NCBI RefSeq assembly: GCF_006345805.1
Contig: NC_043008.1
Span: 48,174,001-48,238,000 of the forward strand
Source: Octopus sinensis
Taxonomy: Eukaryota
DNA length: 64,000 nt
Reading direction: 5' to 3'
The position numbers and the translations under genes were made by a program. Every line of letters begins with the position of its first letter. The stretch's first letter is position 1. The notes beneath the pieces were generated by a model. It had not been told where the DNA came from, ran no database searches, and was given only the letters and a program-made list of their open reading frames with translations. Positions 40,937-54,221 of the stretch are shown here, piece by piece.

Positions 40937-41057
40937 CGACGAAGAAATTGGAAAACGGTTTCCTATATTGTTGAGGAATAAACACCACCTCCACCGCCAT
41001 CGCCATCGCCACCAGCGCCATCTCTGCCACCGCCACCATGACTAACATGATACCCAT

Positions 41058-41092
41058 AACAACAGCAGCAGCAGCAACAGCAGCAGCAACAG

Positions 41093-41128
<36 letters not shown>
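41058..41128. repeat. (CAG/CAA)n trinucleotide repeat
   Basis: Direct read. Confidence 0.95.
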
Positions 41129-42126
41129 GGCCAGTGTTTCTTTACAGTTGATGGCTGCTAGCAATAAGTGAAATAGCGGAAGCCACTTTAAGATCTATAA
41201 AATAACTGCAGAGTTTCTGCTGCTGGTTGTTGGCCTGCAAGTGTATGCACACGGGTGCGTGTGTGCACCTGTGTGCACCTGTGTGCACCTGTGTTGTGTT
41301 TGTGCAAGTGCAACATGTGTCTGTGTGTCTCTCCCCCCCCCCTCCCATCAGGCTTGATGATGTGTTCAGGTGCGTTTTATTATGGTTTGTGTTGGCGTCG
41401 ACGTGCAACGTGCACGCTGCCTCTTTCTTTGTGCAGCTGCATTTGTTTATGCATCTATTGTGGCATGTTTGCGGGTGGATGCGTGTGTGCGTGTGTGCGT
41501 GTGTGTTTGTGTGTTTGTGTGGTTGTTCTTATGTCACTTTTCACTTCTACACAGAATGTGCACGTGCGTGTTGGCGCAACACGTATGCACGTTATTTAAT
41601 GAGCGGGTGTATATATCTGGGTGTGTGTGTATGTACCAGTATGTATATATTTATCTACGCATATGTCCCTTCTTTTTATCATTTCATTATTACATGTAAA
41701 CCCCAACACTTTGTGTCGGTCTTTGTATTCTTCCCCTCATTTTATGCCCTTGTGGCAAATAAATCAAATCATCATCATCATTATTATTATTATTAGCAGT
41801 AGTAGTATTAATTATTATTATTATTATTATTGTTGTTGTTGGTGGTGGTGGTGGTGGTGTGTTGTTATTATTATATCATGTGTTATATATATGTATGTGT
41901 ATATACATACATATATTTGTAGATATAATATATATATATAGATAGATAGATAGATAGATAGATAGATGTGATGTGTGTGTGTGTGTGTATGTATATGTAT
42001 AGATATATATATGATATATATATATAATATATATAAATATATATATATAAATATATATATATATGTATGGTATGTATGTATGTATGTATATATGTATGTA
42101 TGTATGTAGTATGTTATATATATATA

Positions 42127-42177
<51 letters not shown>

Positions 42178-42207
42178 GATTATATTATATTATATTATAT
42201 TATATAC

Positions 42208-42548
42208 AAGCGCAGGCGTCACTGTGTTGAAGAAGCTGCCTTCCCAACTACATAGTTCGGGTTCAGTCCCACTGCGTGGTACCTTGGGCAAGTGTTTTCT
42301 ACTATATGTCTGTGTGTACGTATGTATGTATATATTTGTGTGTGCGTGTGTGTGTCTGTGTTTGTCCCCCGCTATTGCTTATCAACCGATGTTGGGTTGT
42401 TTACGTCGCCGTGACTTAGCGATTCGGCAAAAGAAACCGATAGAATAAGTACTAGGCTTACAAAGAATAAGGTCTGGGATCGACTAAAGGTGGTACTGCA
42501 GCATACCGCAGTCGAATGACTGAAACGAGTAAAATAATAATAAAATAT
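42208..42548 (+). mobile_element. SINE family B, near full length
   Basis: Head GCGCAGGCGT...GGGTTCAGTCCCACTGCGTGGTACCTTGGGCAAGTG, tail ATGACTGAAACGAGTAAAA. Confidence 0.9.
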
Positions 42549-42562
42549 AAGAATATATATAC

Positions 42563-42593
<31 letters not shown>

Positions 42594-42596
<3 letters not shown>

Positions 42597-42785
42597 GCTT
42601 TGCGGTATTTCGTCCGCCGCTGCGTTCTGAGTTCAAATTCCGCCGAGGTCGACTTTGCCTTTCATCCTTTCGGGGTCGATAAATTAAGTACCAGTTACGC
42701 ACTGGGGTCGATGTAATCGACTTAATCCGTTTGTCTGTCCTTGTTTGTCCCCTCTGTGTTTAGCCCCTAGTGGGTAGTAAATAAA
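42594..42785 (+). mobile_element. SINE family A, 5'-truncated, alternative tail
   Basis: GAGTTCAAATTCCGCCGAGGTCGACTTTGCC...GTCCTTGTTTGTCCCCTCTGTGTTTAGCCCC. Confidence 0.92.
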
Positions 42786-42817
<32 letters not shown>

Positions 42818-43128
42818 CATATATATATATATAAATCAAAAATAAGGGTGAAAAAATTGGATATTAATTTCATAATACCATCAATTTAACACCAAGTGGC
42901 TTAGCGCATAAAAACCAGGGATACAATAAAAGTTTATACACTCTCTTATATTGTGTATATATATATATATATATATATACATATATATATTATATATATA
43001 TTATATTTTATTGTTATATTATATATCATATACACCACTCACATATGAGTGAGAGAGAGAGAGAGAGTGAGGAGAAAGTGTGACAGACAAAAAGGAAAAT
43101 AAAGACAATTGACAGATGATAGATAGGA

Positions 43129-43175
<47 letters not shown>

Positions 43176-43227
43176 GTGTGTCCATTAAGAAATCATGAGG
43201 TGTTACCTGTGCAGAACATCAAACTAA

Positions 43228-43375
43228 ATGCTTGGTAGCGCATCGTACGTAAACGCTATTTGAACTTAGCTGCCCGGGTTCAGATCTCACCTTCTTCAAC
43301 TTTACCTTTCATCCTTGCAGATCGATAAAATATGCACATGCAATATTCTGGAATTGGTTCAATCGATCGATCGTC
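43228..43375 (+). mobile_element. Strongly decayed SINE family A-like copy
   Basis: GGGTTCAGATCTC...ACTTTACCTTTCATCCTT...GATCGATAAAATA. Confidence 0.5.
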
Positions 43376-43633
43376 TGCGCTTTCATATAAATATTGGTCG
43401 CGAGTTTCAACAAAATTATTATATATGACTAGTTGTGTAATGGCGTCAGTGAACCACAAACAGCAAAATGTCGGACTAAATGTCACTGTGATGTAGTTAC
43501 CTCCCTTTGTTGTCTTCCCGTTGATCCTCTCCAACAAACGGCGTTGCTCTCTTCTCTTACTCTATTCTAATCATATTTCTTGAGATACACCAACACATTA
43601 TGTACATACATACATTTATATATATATATATAG

Positions 43634-43666
<33 letters not shown>

Positions 43667-43704
43667 ATACATATATATATTATATATATATATATATATA
43701 TATT

Positions 43705-43750
<46 letters not shown>

Positions 43751-43761
43751 CATATATATAT

Positions 43762-43817
<56 letters not shown>

Positions 43818-43827
43818 ATATATATAT

Positions 43828-44061
43828 TCGTACTAAAACTAGAATAAGCAACAGGATATCGAGTAGTCATGCAGTACGACCGTTTCAAGCGGCTCCATTT
43901 AATTGAACAATGCAATCATTACATTAGTTTAAATGCAGCGCTATCTTCAGCTGTATTTAAATTGATGTAACGATTGCATTGTTCAATTAAATGGAGCCGC
44001 TTGAAACGGTCGTACTGCATGACTACTCGATATCCTGTTGCTTATTTTAGTTTTAGTACGA
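43828..44061. repeat. 234-bp near-perfect palindrome (112-bp arms, 10-nt loop) in a (TA)n tract
   Basis: 43828-43939 pairs with 43950-44061 with 5 mismatches by manual pairing. Confidence 0.97.
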
Positions 44062-44834
44062 ATATATATATATATAGTGATAGAAAGTAGGTACTGTTGA
44101 GTAAATCCAGGCGAATACCTCAGTCATTAATCCATGAAAAAAATTTGGCCAAGAGAATGTCAAGTGAGGAAGATTGGAAACCGTTTAGATTTAATCTAGT
44201 GATGTTAAATCCAACAAAGTGTAAATCTGAGGAGCTTCGTTAATTGATTGGGGGGGGGGCGCGTGCATGGATTGTGGAAAATAAAATGAAGATAACGTTT
44301 CATAGCTTTGTTCAGAGTTGCGATTGTTTCGCATAGCGAGAGGAACCAGTTCATCATCACACATTACTTTATATGTATAAATTTACGTAAAAAAGAAAGC
44401 CTACATTAATTTATCAATTAACGAAACAGCTTGCACTCCACCATTCTCATCAAACCTTAATATATTGCGGTAGGTTTTTAGGGTTTCAAACGTATACTGT
44501 GATGGAGATCGAATCAAAGTTAGAAATATCAAATTTTTTTTTTTTTTCAAAATACTCGATGTTTATAAGTCTGTTATTATAGAATTCCATTGCAAAACCT
44601 CCATTGTAACTTTAAGGTCTGACCAGAAACGGTGCAGCGCAAACATTTTCATTAATTAATTAATTGATAAATTAATTAATGTATGTTTTTTTTTGCGTAA
44701 AGTTATACGTACAAACCAATTTGTGGCGATGAACTTAATATCTTTTATTCGAAACGATCGCAACCTTGAATAAAGTTATGAAACGTAATCCTTATTTTTG
44801 CAGCAGATTGATATCTGTGTGTGTGTGCGCGCAC

Positions 44835-44879
<45 letters not shown>

Positions 44880-45452
44880 GTGTGTGCGCGTGTGTGTGTG
44901 TCTCTGTGTGTGTGCGTGTATGTGTGTGCGTGTGTGTGTGTGTGTGTATTTCTATACTAGCAACACTATGACATTCTTCCAAATGAAAACAGGAAGTACC
45001 CTAAATAAGAACCAGTAAAGAAACTAGCCCACTAAAACATACCACTTGGACTCTTTTGTGAACCTTTAAGAAATTCTCTATTTCAAAAGACCCGTTTATT
45101 CGCCATATTAACCTCGTTTGAGGACAGTTGAAACAAATATGAAACTATATCCAACGGCCATATGCATAACTAGTTTAGGGAACCTACGTCGTTTATGATT
45201 CTTTCGTTAGGAATTATCTGTGACCACTTTATATAAAAATGCAATCTAAGATGTAAGTAAAATTCGTTGTTAATATGTCGAAAGAAAGCATCGGAAATTA
45301 GACACTTTTTCATCTATCATTTATTATATATTGAATATTGTATATTATATTATATTATATTATGTTATATTATATATTGAATATTATATATGTTTTAGCT
45401 GAAATGAGACAATCTTTAATCGTCGAACTATATCATACAAACTATTAGTTAA

Positions 45453-48067
45453 CCAAAGATGCTGTCCTCAAACGAGGACAGTGGGATAATGTGTTATCAA
45501 AGCATATCCAGACATTGTGTTGCCACGCTTGTTTAAAACCGTTTAAGAAACTACAACGTAACGTGTTTAGACCGGTTCAAACATCATGCACTGTTTGCAT
45601 ATTCATGAAATCCTGTAGAAAGCTCATTACAACGTCGGGAGTCTTTGAGCGAAGGCCTGCTTTCAACTGTTCAAGCAAAGTGTTACAGATTATTTTCAAA
45701 GGTAAGAAAATATTGTTTTAGCAATCATTGAATCTTTTGATTGCGCGTTGACAATATTTTGAACTATTTGAATGGACGTAGATTATATGTGTATTTTATA
45801 TTTTTAGATCATTTAAATATATAATCAACTTTTTTATAGTCTGTAGCTATCTTTGATGTTTATCTAAAATGCATAATGAGTTTCTACTTACAATAATGAA
45901 CAATAATGACTATAATGAATATATTATGAATATAATGTATAATTCATTGTACTATGAATAAAGGTATGTCAAAAATATAAATACAGAAAATATTGTAGTA
46001 TAAATGAAGGTCTATCCAAAATTAACGCAAAATCTTCTTCATGTTTTTAGAGTAATTTACCTGTGTGATTTACCTGTGTGTTTTCCCCAAACGGATGTCA
46101 AGAAATCCTTTGCAAGTCCTAACAATGGATGGAATAGTGGAATTGCTTGAAGAGCATAATGGAAGTGATAATGCCAATGATAACTTTGGTGATATAATCA
46201 TAATGCCTCCAGATGTCGACGAAGTGACCGACGAAGAAGATATTACAGATGAGGAAGAAACTGGTGAAGTTAGGGTTCAAGGTGTCCCCGGTTCTCTAGA
46301 ACTCCACACTGAAACTGGTCATCAAAATGAAGACCTGTGAGAGGATGAGAACTTGGACAATGCGGATCTTCAAAGACCGTCTAAGGTTTACCGGTGGGGA
46401 AGAAGCGAATATTGTGCGAGTCTGTTCCTAAGTGGAGATAAGTTGAATGAAAGCAAACCAAAGTAAAAGTAAGAGATTATCGTCATCTTATCCAAAAGAA
46501 ATGAAAGAATCTTTAGAATTTTTGACTCCCGGTGACATTTTTTAGTAACAGATCACTCCAGAAATTTAGGATTACATTGTAAAGGAAACGGTAAGATATG
46601 CAACATGCAAGAATATTATGAGTGAATGTAGATGAATTGAAGACATTCATTGGTATTTTGTTATTTTCTAGTTACCATAAATTACCGTCAGAAAAACATT
46701 ATTGGTCAACCGATGAGGATTTAGGAATATCAAGAGTAAAGAAAGCGATGTCTAGAAATCGTTTTCAAACGCTGGAAAATTGTCAGCATTTTATTGGTAA
46801 AGCAGAGACAGAAAGCATGATAAAGGTTTCAAAATCAGGCCACATATTTCCATGTTTCAAAAATCTTTGAGAAAATTTGGAATATTTGAGGGAAATGATT
46901 GTGCGTTATTATGAACTTAATTCTCTCAAACATTTTACACGTGGAAAAACAAATCCGATTTGGTTATAAACTTTAGGCACTGTGTGGAGTGTCAGGATAT
47001 TGCTACTACTTTGACGTCTATTGCGGTAAATCGTCTGATAATAGAGAGAATGATAACTTATTACTTGGCTCTAAAGTAGTTTTTAAAATGCTTGCGGTAG
47101 AAGAGGGCCTGTGCTCCTATACCGTATTTTTTCGATAATTTATTCACTGACTATGCTTTGCTCGTGCACCTACGGAATTTAGGATTGCAAGCTACAGGGA
47201 CAATAAGGGAAAAATAGGCTGAAAATATGTCCTTTGAAGGAATCAAAGTTAATAACAAAAGAATAAAAGGGGAACATACGATTACAGATTCGGTTGTGAT
47301 GAAGAAATCCTCATCGTGAAATGGATGAAGGAGAGCAAATGTGTTACGGCTGGAACAATTTACGACACTGTTGAACCCATTAGAAAGGAAGTACAGCGTT
47401 GGCAGCGAGACAAAATAGAATCTAAAAGAAATGTCTTTCGGCCATATATTCTACAGGGATATAACGAAAACATGGGACGGGGGTTGATGACTGGTCGGCT
47501 GGGAAATATTCAGTTGCCATCAGAGGAATAAATGGTATTGGCCTTTGGTCATTCACATATTAGATATCCCTTTGATGAACGCTTGGGATTGTCCGTGGCA
47601 GCGATAAAAGAGCACGAGTCTACGAGACGTCAAGAGACAAGTTTGCTTAGCTTATGTAAAAGGAGCAGCCCACAAAGTACCAGCCGGAAGAAAGAAAGCT
47701 CAAGCCCCCTCGAAAATTCCAAAAGATGTGCGATTCGACCGTAAGGAACACTTACTACAGAAGCGTGATCAACAACGGAGGTGCCAAAATAAACCATAAA
47801 CTGCAAAACCAAGAATCTACTGCAAGAAGTGCACCGTGACTTTATGCATCCATTGTTCTATCCCTTACCATTGTAAGCATTAAGTAAATTATAATGTAAG
47901 TAAACTTATTTTACGTTTGTATTGAGAAAGGAGTAAACCTTATTGATAAATAGAAGTAAATGAACTTTATTTTTACTATTAGTAATCATCTTCCATTAAC
48001 TAGCGATTAATTCGCTTGTTAATATATATTCATCCAGTGTCCTCATTTGAAGATGCGCTGTATTTGG
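45453..48067 (+). mobile_element. Near full-length piggyBac (PGBD3/PGBD2-like) fossil with TIRs
   Basis: N-terminal DIIIMPPDVDEVTDEED...VPGSLE; ELKTFIGILLFSSYHKLP...YWS...MSRNRF; FFDNLFT; KWYWP; C-terminal RRCQNK...CKKCTVTLCIHCSIPYH. TTAA at 45449-45452 then CCAAAGATGCTGTCCTCAAACGAGGACAGTGG, inverted counterpart 48034-48067 then TTTA. Many stops and frameshifts. Confidence 0.9.
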
Positions 48068-48199
48068 TTTATTTACTGCAATAAAGATTAACTGGACGCT
48101 TCAGTATGTTTTTTATCCCTATTTATATAATGGTCTTCAAAATTTCAATAGAAATCGCAAAATTAAAAACCTGGGTTAAAATGGGTTAAGGTTTTAAAT

Positions 48200-48620
48200 C
48201 CTGGACTTTGTACCTTTGACCTTTACATTGTCAAAGCAAAAGATTAGATGCAATAAGACCAAAAATGACTGAACTACTAGCACACTCTGAGCCTACCTAA
48301 CAAAGGAACACATCGAAGCAGACACACTTGCGTACAAAAATCTACATCCAGGAATAAATTCTAAGTAATAACATAACCCCAAATTCAATGAATAAAAATT
48401 TCTCCAAAACACTTTTCCATATCAATCCACCCTAAAACCTAATTACCAGTCCACTCCAACCCTCACACCAAAAAGAAGATTTTTACTCCACAGAGACTAT
48501 ATAAAACCAAAAGTAACTCTAGTCCAGTCCGACGATGGCTTAACTGACTGAAACTTCCAAGTCCCTGTCAACAGTATTCTTCTTTAAGAATGAATCTCTT
48601 CTCTACAAAAGTATAGAGTA
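48200..48620 (+). mobile_element. Possible PLE 3' end (decayed endonuclease tail plus hammerhead-like motif at 48525-48567)
   Basis: ...KEHIEADTLAYKNLHPGINSK* followed by CAGT CCGACGA ... GAAA CTTCCAAG TC CCTG, similar to 60763-60785. Confidence 0.35.
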
Positions 48621-49087
48621 ACCCCTCAGATTAATGTAAAATGTTATTTTAATCGTAACTAAACATAAAACCAAGCCTTATCACAAACGCACGCACGCGC
48701 ACACACCTATTCGAAATCTCGTGCGAATTAGCATAAGAAAAGATGGTCATGGAATCTTCATAAATATTCAATATTTCATATGAAAACTCAGAGAAAATGT
48801 TGAGATTGTATTTGAGACATTGGATATGTATTATGCGATATTGAATTTGTATAACATTCCCTATACATATTGAATATGTATATATGGAATATGCAATATC
48901 AATCTTTCGCTGATACCGCTTCTGCGATATCAAAGATATATTCGTGTGTGCGTGTGTGTACCTGTGTGTGTGTGTGTGTGTGTGTGTGCCATAAATAAGA
49001 CCGTGTCTCCAAAGTGTCTGCCTGTTATTCTAAAAGTATTGAAGCCTATATATATAATATTTTGGAAATAATATTAAACAGTTGTGA

Positions 49088-49258
49088 GACGGTGAGCTGG
49101 CAGGATCGTTACCAGCGCCGGACGAAATGCTTAGCGGCATTTCTTCCGACTTTACATTCTGAGTTCACATCCCCTAGGGGTAGACTTGGCCTCTCATCTT
49201 TTCGGGTTCGATAAAATAATTACCAGTTAAACACTCGGGGCCGGGGTCGATGTAACCC
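49088..49258 (+). mobile_element. SINE family A (degenerate)
   Basis: GACGGTGAGCTGGCAGGATCGTT...GAAATGCTTAGCGGCATTTC...GAGTTCACATCC. Confidence 0.85.
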
Positions 49259-49562
49259 CACCACCACACCCTACCCTCCTTGCGCTAAAAGATCAAACTA
49301 ATATCAAACACAGGAAATGTGTCAAGTCCAAAAGGAAACGGTGTTTCCTAGGGCTAAATAGCAGTAGCATTCTTCCCTTTCATGGGACTGTCACATTAAG
49401 TTGACAACATACCATCACTTTATCTCTCTGAGAGATTTAGAAATATATTATTTCTAATATCAAACAGTTTGCTGTCCTCTCAATCTTGGCGTGTTACAAA
49501 AATTATTTCCTAATAAATTACAATAATTATTTTATTTCAATAATTATTTCATAAGGCAGTGA

Positions 49563-49655
49563 ATCTCCGTCAGTTTCGACGATATAGAATCAGTTTTCTC
49601 GGCGGAATTTTCTGCTCGTTTAATTAAGACTGAGTATTCCACAGACACGTGGAAT
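49563..49655 (-). mobile_element. SINE family C 3' fragment (decayed)
   Basis: CTCCGTCAGTTTCGACGA...CTGCTCGTTTAATTAA...GAGTATTCCACAGACACGTG. Confidence 0.6.
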
Positions 49656-49716
49656 TCTCGGGCAGGATCCGTGTGTATGACAAAGTTGTACCTTTTCAAT
49701 TGTGAGTACAATCCAC

Positions 49717-49840
49717 ACAGCAGGCTTCCATGCAGTTTCCATCTAGCCAATACCACTTCCAAAGCATAAGTCGACTCGAGGCTATAGAAAATTACATTTG
49801 CTCAAGATAGATTACATTGGAATCGAACCAAGGACCTGGT
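49717..49840 (-). mobile_element. SINE family B 5' fragment (decayed)
   Basis: CAGGCTTCC...CAGTTTCCATCTAGCCAA...TCGAGGCTATAGAAAA. Confidence 0.6.
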
Positions 49841-50282
49841 GAATCAGATTGCGTTATAATGAAATGTAGGTTAGAGCGCGCCTGTATTCCATAAGAAATC
49901 TCAAATACTCAAAAAAAAAGCCTCGTCAAAACTTTTAAGAATATATTAAATTGACATTGGTAGTAAGCAATAGCGATGTTTAATATATCAAACGAAGGCG
50001 ACGAACCGGCAGAATCGTTAGCAAGTGTGTGTGTGTGTGGAGAGAAAAAGAAAGAGGGAGAGAAAGGGGGAGAGGAAGAGATGTATTGTATATGATTAGG
50101 TATATGTATGTGTGTGTAGATGTATATATATTTTAAGTAATGCAGTATATATGTGCGTGTGCGTGCATGCGTGTGTGTGAAGAGAGAGAGAGAGATGTAT
50201 TGTGTATGGTTAGGTATGTGTAATGTGTATGTAGGTGTATATATTTTAACTAATACAGTACGTATGTGCGTGTGTGTGTGTG

Positions 50283-50322
<40 letters not shown>

Positions 50323-51151
50323 CGTGTGCGTGCTTGTATGCGTGTGTGTGCGCGCGCGCACCTTCTGGTGTCGAGTAAATGGCGACAGTCTGGTCTCTTA
50401 TCTATTCTTCTCTCCTGAATCGGTGTTTCTTGTGTCTTTTTCTTTTATCGTATGACCGATGCCTTCCACGACCTCCCAACCAGTGCCAGAACCTAATTAA
50501 GATAGCGATTTGATAAATTAGACAGTTTTTGATCTTTGCTCTTATGAGTGTTACCTTTATAGTCTATTGTTCTTCTCAAAAAAAAAGAGAAAACATCACT
50601 TCCCACCTTGTAGCTTGGTGAACAAGTCAACTTATATCTTCTGCCTTACCTGTTTATTTAAAATTACCTGAAGATAGCGGTGTTTTGCCATGATGTAATC
50701 TAAGAGTGCATCCATAAAATGCTCCTGAAACAGCTGTTGTGAATTTTGAACCACACTTCTGATATATATATATATAAAAAGTTTTTTTTATATATAGGTT
50801 TTTTTTTTTTTATTATTTATTTATTTATTTTTTTATTTATTCTTCTATCTAATTTAACACTGACTCCTTGACCACTCCCCCAAGTATGATATTTTGCGCT
50901 ATGCCTACCCCCAAAAAAGTCCCCCACCAACACCCCGTTAAACCTGCCTAAATGTATAAATGCCAATACAATTCTTGTTAACTAGCTTCCTGAAGATTTC
51001 CCTTGAATGAAACAGTTCTAGTCCTGTAGAAGCTCCTTCTATATAATAAATTAATTTTACTCTGCTTTGTATTGAGTACCTTATTTACTGTGGTTAACCC
51101 CGAATCAACCCGGGACCTACATATATATACATAAATACATATATATATATA

Positions 51152-51299
51152 ACGGAAAGGTTTACGAAAATAAACAAAAGACGAAGGCAGGTGGAATACA
51201 AACAAACAAATGTATTAGTATGGCGCTCAGGAATAGAAATAGAACAAGTCTTTTACGTTTCGAGCCTACGCTCTTCGACAGAAAGATACACAGAGAAGA
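51152..51299 (-). mobile_element. Short PLE-type repeat (family D) with hammerhead-like motif at 51249-51286
   Basis: Homologous to 56619-56820 and 63414-63600. (TA)n flanks. Minus strand reads TCTTT CTGTCGA A GAGC GTAG GCTC GAAA CG TA AAAGA. Confidence 0.8.
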
Positions 51300-51313
51300 A
51301 TATATATATATAT

Positions 51314-51347
<34 letters not shown>

Positions 51348-52332
51348 TGTTAAATCAATTCGATTTTTAACTAATAAAGTACCAGTAAATGAAGTACAAT
51401 TAAAGTACTGGAAGAGGGATTTGATCACTTACACTCTCCCTAAGAATACGTTACTTTTGTGCCAATATTGTAAATCAGTATCGATATATAACTGTTTACA
51501 CAAAATCAATCAATTATCAATTTTAAAATGTATCCTTGAAATTCCTCTTCATCCAAATTAATAAATGGTCTCAACATGTTTCCAAATAAAGAATTAATGA
51601 GATTCATTTTTGAAGCTCCGTTCGTCGTTGCTGTGTCGTTATTTAAATTAACTTTTCTGCAGATGACTTTTAACAAATTCCATTAACAGAGAAAAAAAAG
51701 TTAATTTATTATTTAAAAAATATATTTTGTTATTAAACATGGACAACTATATAACGGTGTTGTTAATTTAATTTAATCTAGGAATACCGTAAATAAATAA
51801 AAACGGCGAACATAATATTTGATGAGAGGAGAAACTAATGCAGATGGTAGGAAAAGAGGGGGAGTTTGTATTCTCTGAATTATTTAAGGATTATATAACG
51901 AAACATTATGGAATGAGGGTGAAACCGAGAGAATCAGTGAGTAATTTGGTGGGAATTTGGTGGGAATTAGGGGACAAATAACGATACATATTTTATATTT
52001 ATTTTGCGAGATTCGTGATTAATCATTTAATTGATTGGTAATAGAGTAGGAATGAAGCATAATCAATGTGTGTGTTTTACTGACAGTATGACCCTCCCAA
52101 TGTACAACATAATCAGAAGGAAATTTCCGCTACAACTTACTGATAAACCAGGGAGGATTCGAAACCAGTCAGGAAACTTAAATAATGAATGAATGAAATA
52201 TTTGAAGAAATTTTTCGAAAATTAAGGTTTGGACATTAAACGGAAGTTTCTCCTTGACCATCGGTCTGTTTACTTTTACATAAACACAACTCAACTGGAC
52301 AGTTTTTCATTGATATTGATTTCTATATTTTC

Positions 52333-52386
<54 letters not shown>

Positions 52387-52825
52387 GGGGGGGGAGTAAG
52401 AGAGAAAGAGGGTAAGAGAGAAAGGGAGTAAGATATGGTGAACCCTTGCTGCAGCATAAGTGCAACATAAATAACAGCCGAATGGTGGTTTAAATTCGCA
52501 ACAACTTTTTCGGTAGGAAATGATTTAATGAAGTCATAACAGATGACATATTCCGTAAATCTCTAAACTCGGGTATTATTCCAACTTCGGCAACCGTTCA
52601 GTGTCCCCTAATTTCAGCGGAAACGAATGTTTAAATAACGCCTGATGAAGGTGGAATTTTACGAAATCGACGAAATCTTTTATGACTTCATTTAATAAAT
52701 TTCTATCGAAACGATTGTCACGGATTTGAACTGCATTCGTCTGTTCTATACGTACATGCATACATACACATTCATATATCATATGTATGACTGTGCGTGT
52801 GTATGTGTGCGTGTGCGCGCGCGTG

Positions 52826-52856
<31 letters not shown>

Positions 52857-53013
52857 ATTTATATATTTGTATGTATGTATATATGTATGTGTGTGTGTGT
52901 GCGCGTATGTATGTGTGTATGTATCTAATATCATCTATCTCATTCCATATACATATAATATTTGCATAGGTATAAAAAAATTAAAAGTTTATATATCACA
53001 TATCTGCACGTCG

Positions 53014-53067
<54 letters not shown>

Positions 53068-53467
53068 CCTTCTCGTGACCCCGTTATCCATCTACATATG
53101 TACACACAAGTAATTGAACGAAGTTGAATGTTCATTTGTTCGCTTCATTCGTTTCATGTTGAGTTTTTATCTCTGTGATGTGAGAAGAAAAAACAAGTTC
53201 GAAAACCGAGATCAGGTCTCACCCACCCACCCCGCTCCCTACCACAGCCAATAGTTTCGCTGCTGTCATCGACTTCTGAAGAATTTATTGAAATTTATCA
53301 AGTTTTTTTACATTGCAAAGAAGTTGTGCAAAATTTCATTTTCGGCGATAATTGCTCGACATTTTGATTCCATGATCGTGGTCGATCACTTCCGGTAAGA
53401 AGGAACATGACGTCATAGTGCGTGTACAAGGGAGGTAATTTTTTGAATTTAAAAAGAAAAAACAAGC

Positions 53468-53512
<45 letters not shown>

Positions 53513-54221
53513 GAAAACAGAAAAAACTTGTACATTTCTATATAACTCTTGTTATTTTCTCTGCAATTTTAACACTTTTAATGGAGGCCAAGATCAAACA
53601 ATTCCAATTGAGAAATAAATCAAAGAAAACTCAACATTTCCAAATTCTAAGTTAACATTCATCTTAGAAATGTAAACTTCATTGGATCATCGATATTTCA
53701 GTCCATCAATATTTCGGTTCATCGCTATTTCAGTTGATGTCTCATAGAGTTACATTGTTATTTGTAGTACAAAACAATCCTGATGCGAGAGTATGGCGCT
53801 GTTTTGTTTGTAAATACATTTAAAATTGAAACGGCTAAGTCCATCTAGTAGCAATTCGGCTCAGCTGACTAAAATCAAATTATCTCTTCATCGGTCAAAT
53901 CACATTTGTTGGGTATTTGGTGGGTAGTTTGTAGTGGCGAGTAGAACTGTCCAAGAGATGTAAATAGGAACGAAAGAGGGGTGTTTTACCTTTGGGATTA
54001 ATTGGATGGCTTTTATCCAGCACCATAACCTTTAGAACAGGAAGGATACTATCGTGAACCAGACTAGAGCTGACCCTTTTAGTCTGTTGTCAAAGGGACT
54101 CTACCTGCTTTGCGCATTCCTCTATCCCTCTATATCTCAACCATAACAGCTTTAGAAGCAGTACTACGCCCCTCCCCAACCCACTTCGAAGGAAGAATCT
54201 TCATATTTCCTGCTTGTTTTA

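Noticed and set aside
41058-41128. CAG tract as a polyglutamine exon
   Set aside because: No flanking splice sites or extended ORF. It lies among other simple repeats.
50990-51030. CTGAAGA TTTCCCTTGAAT GAAA CAGTTC hammerhead-like string
   Set aside because: The closing pair of stem II is mismatched and stem I cannot form as written. It may be a decayed PLE end, but this copy does not support the call.
52642-52672. CTGATGA...GAAA hammerhead-like string
   Set aside because: Stem II is weak, there is no U-H cleavage site in register, and there is no stem I.
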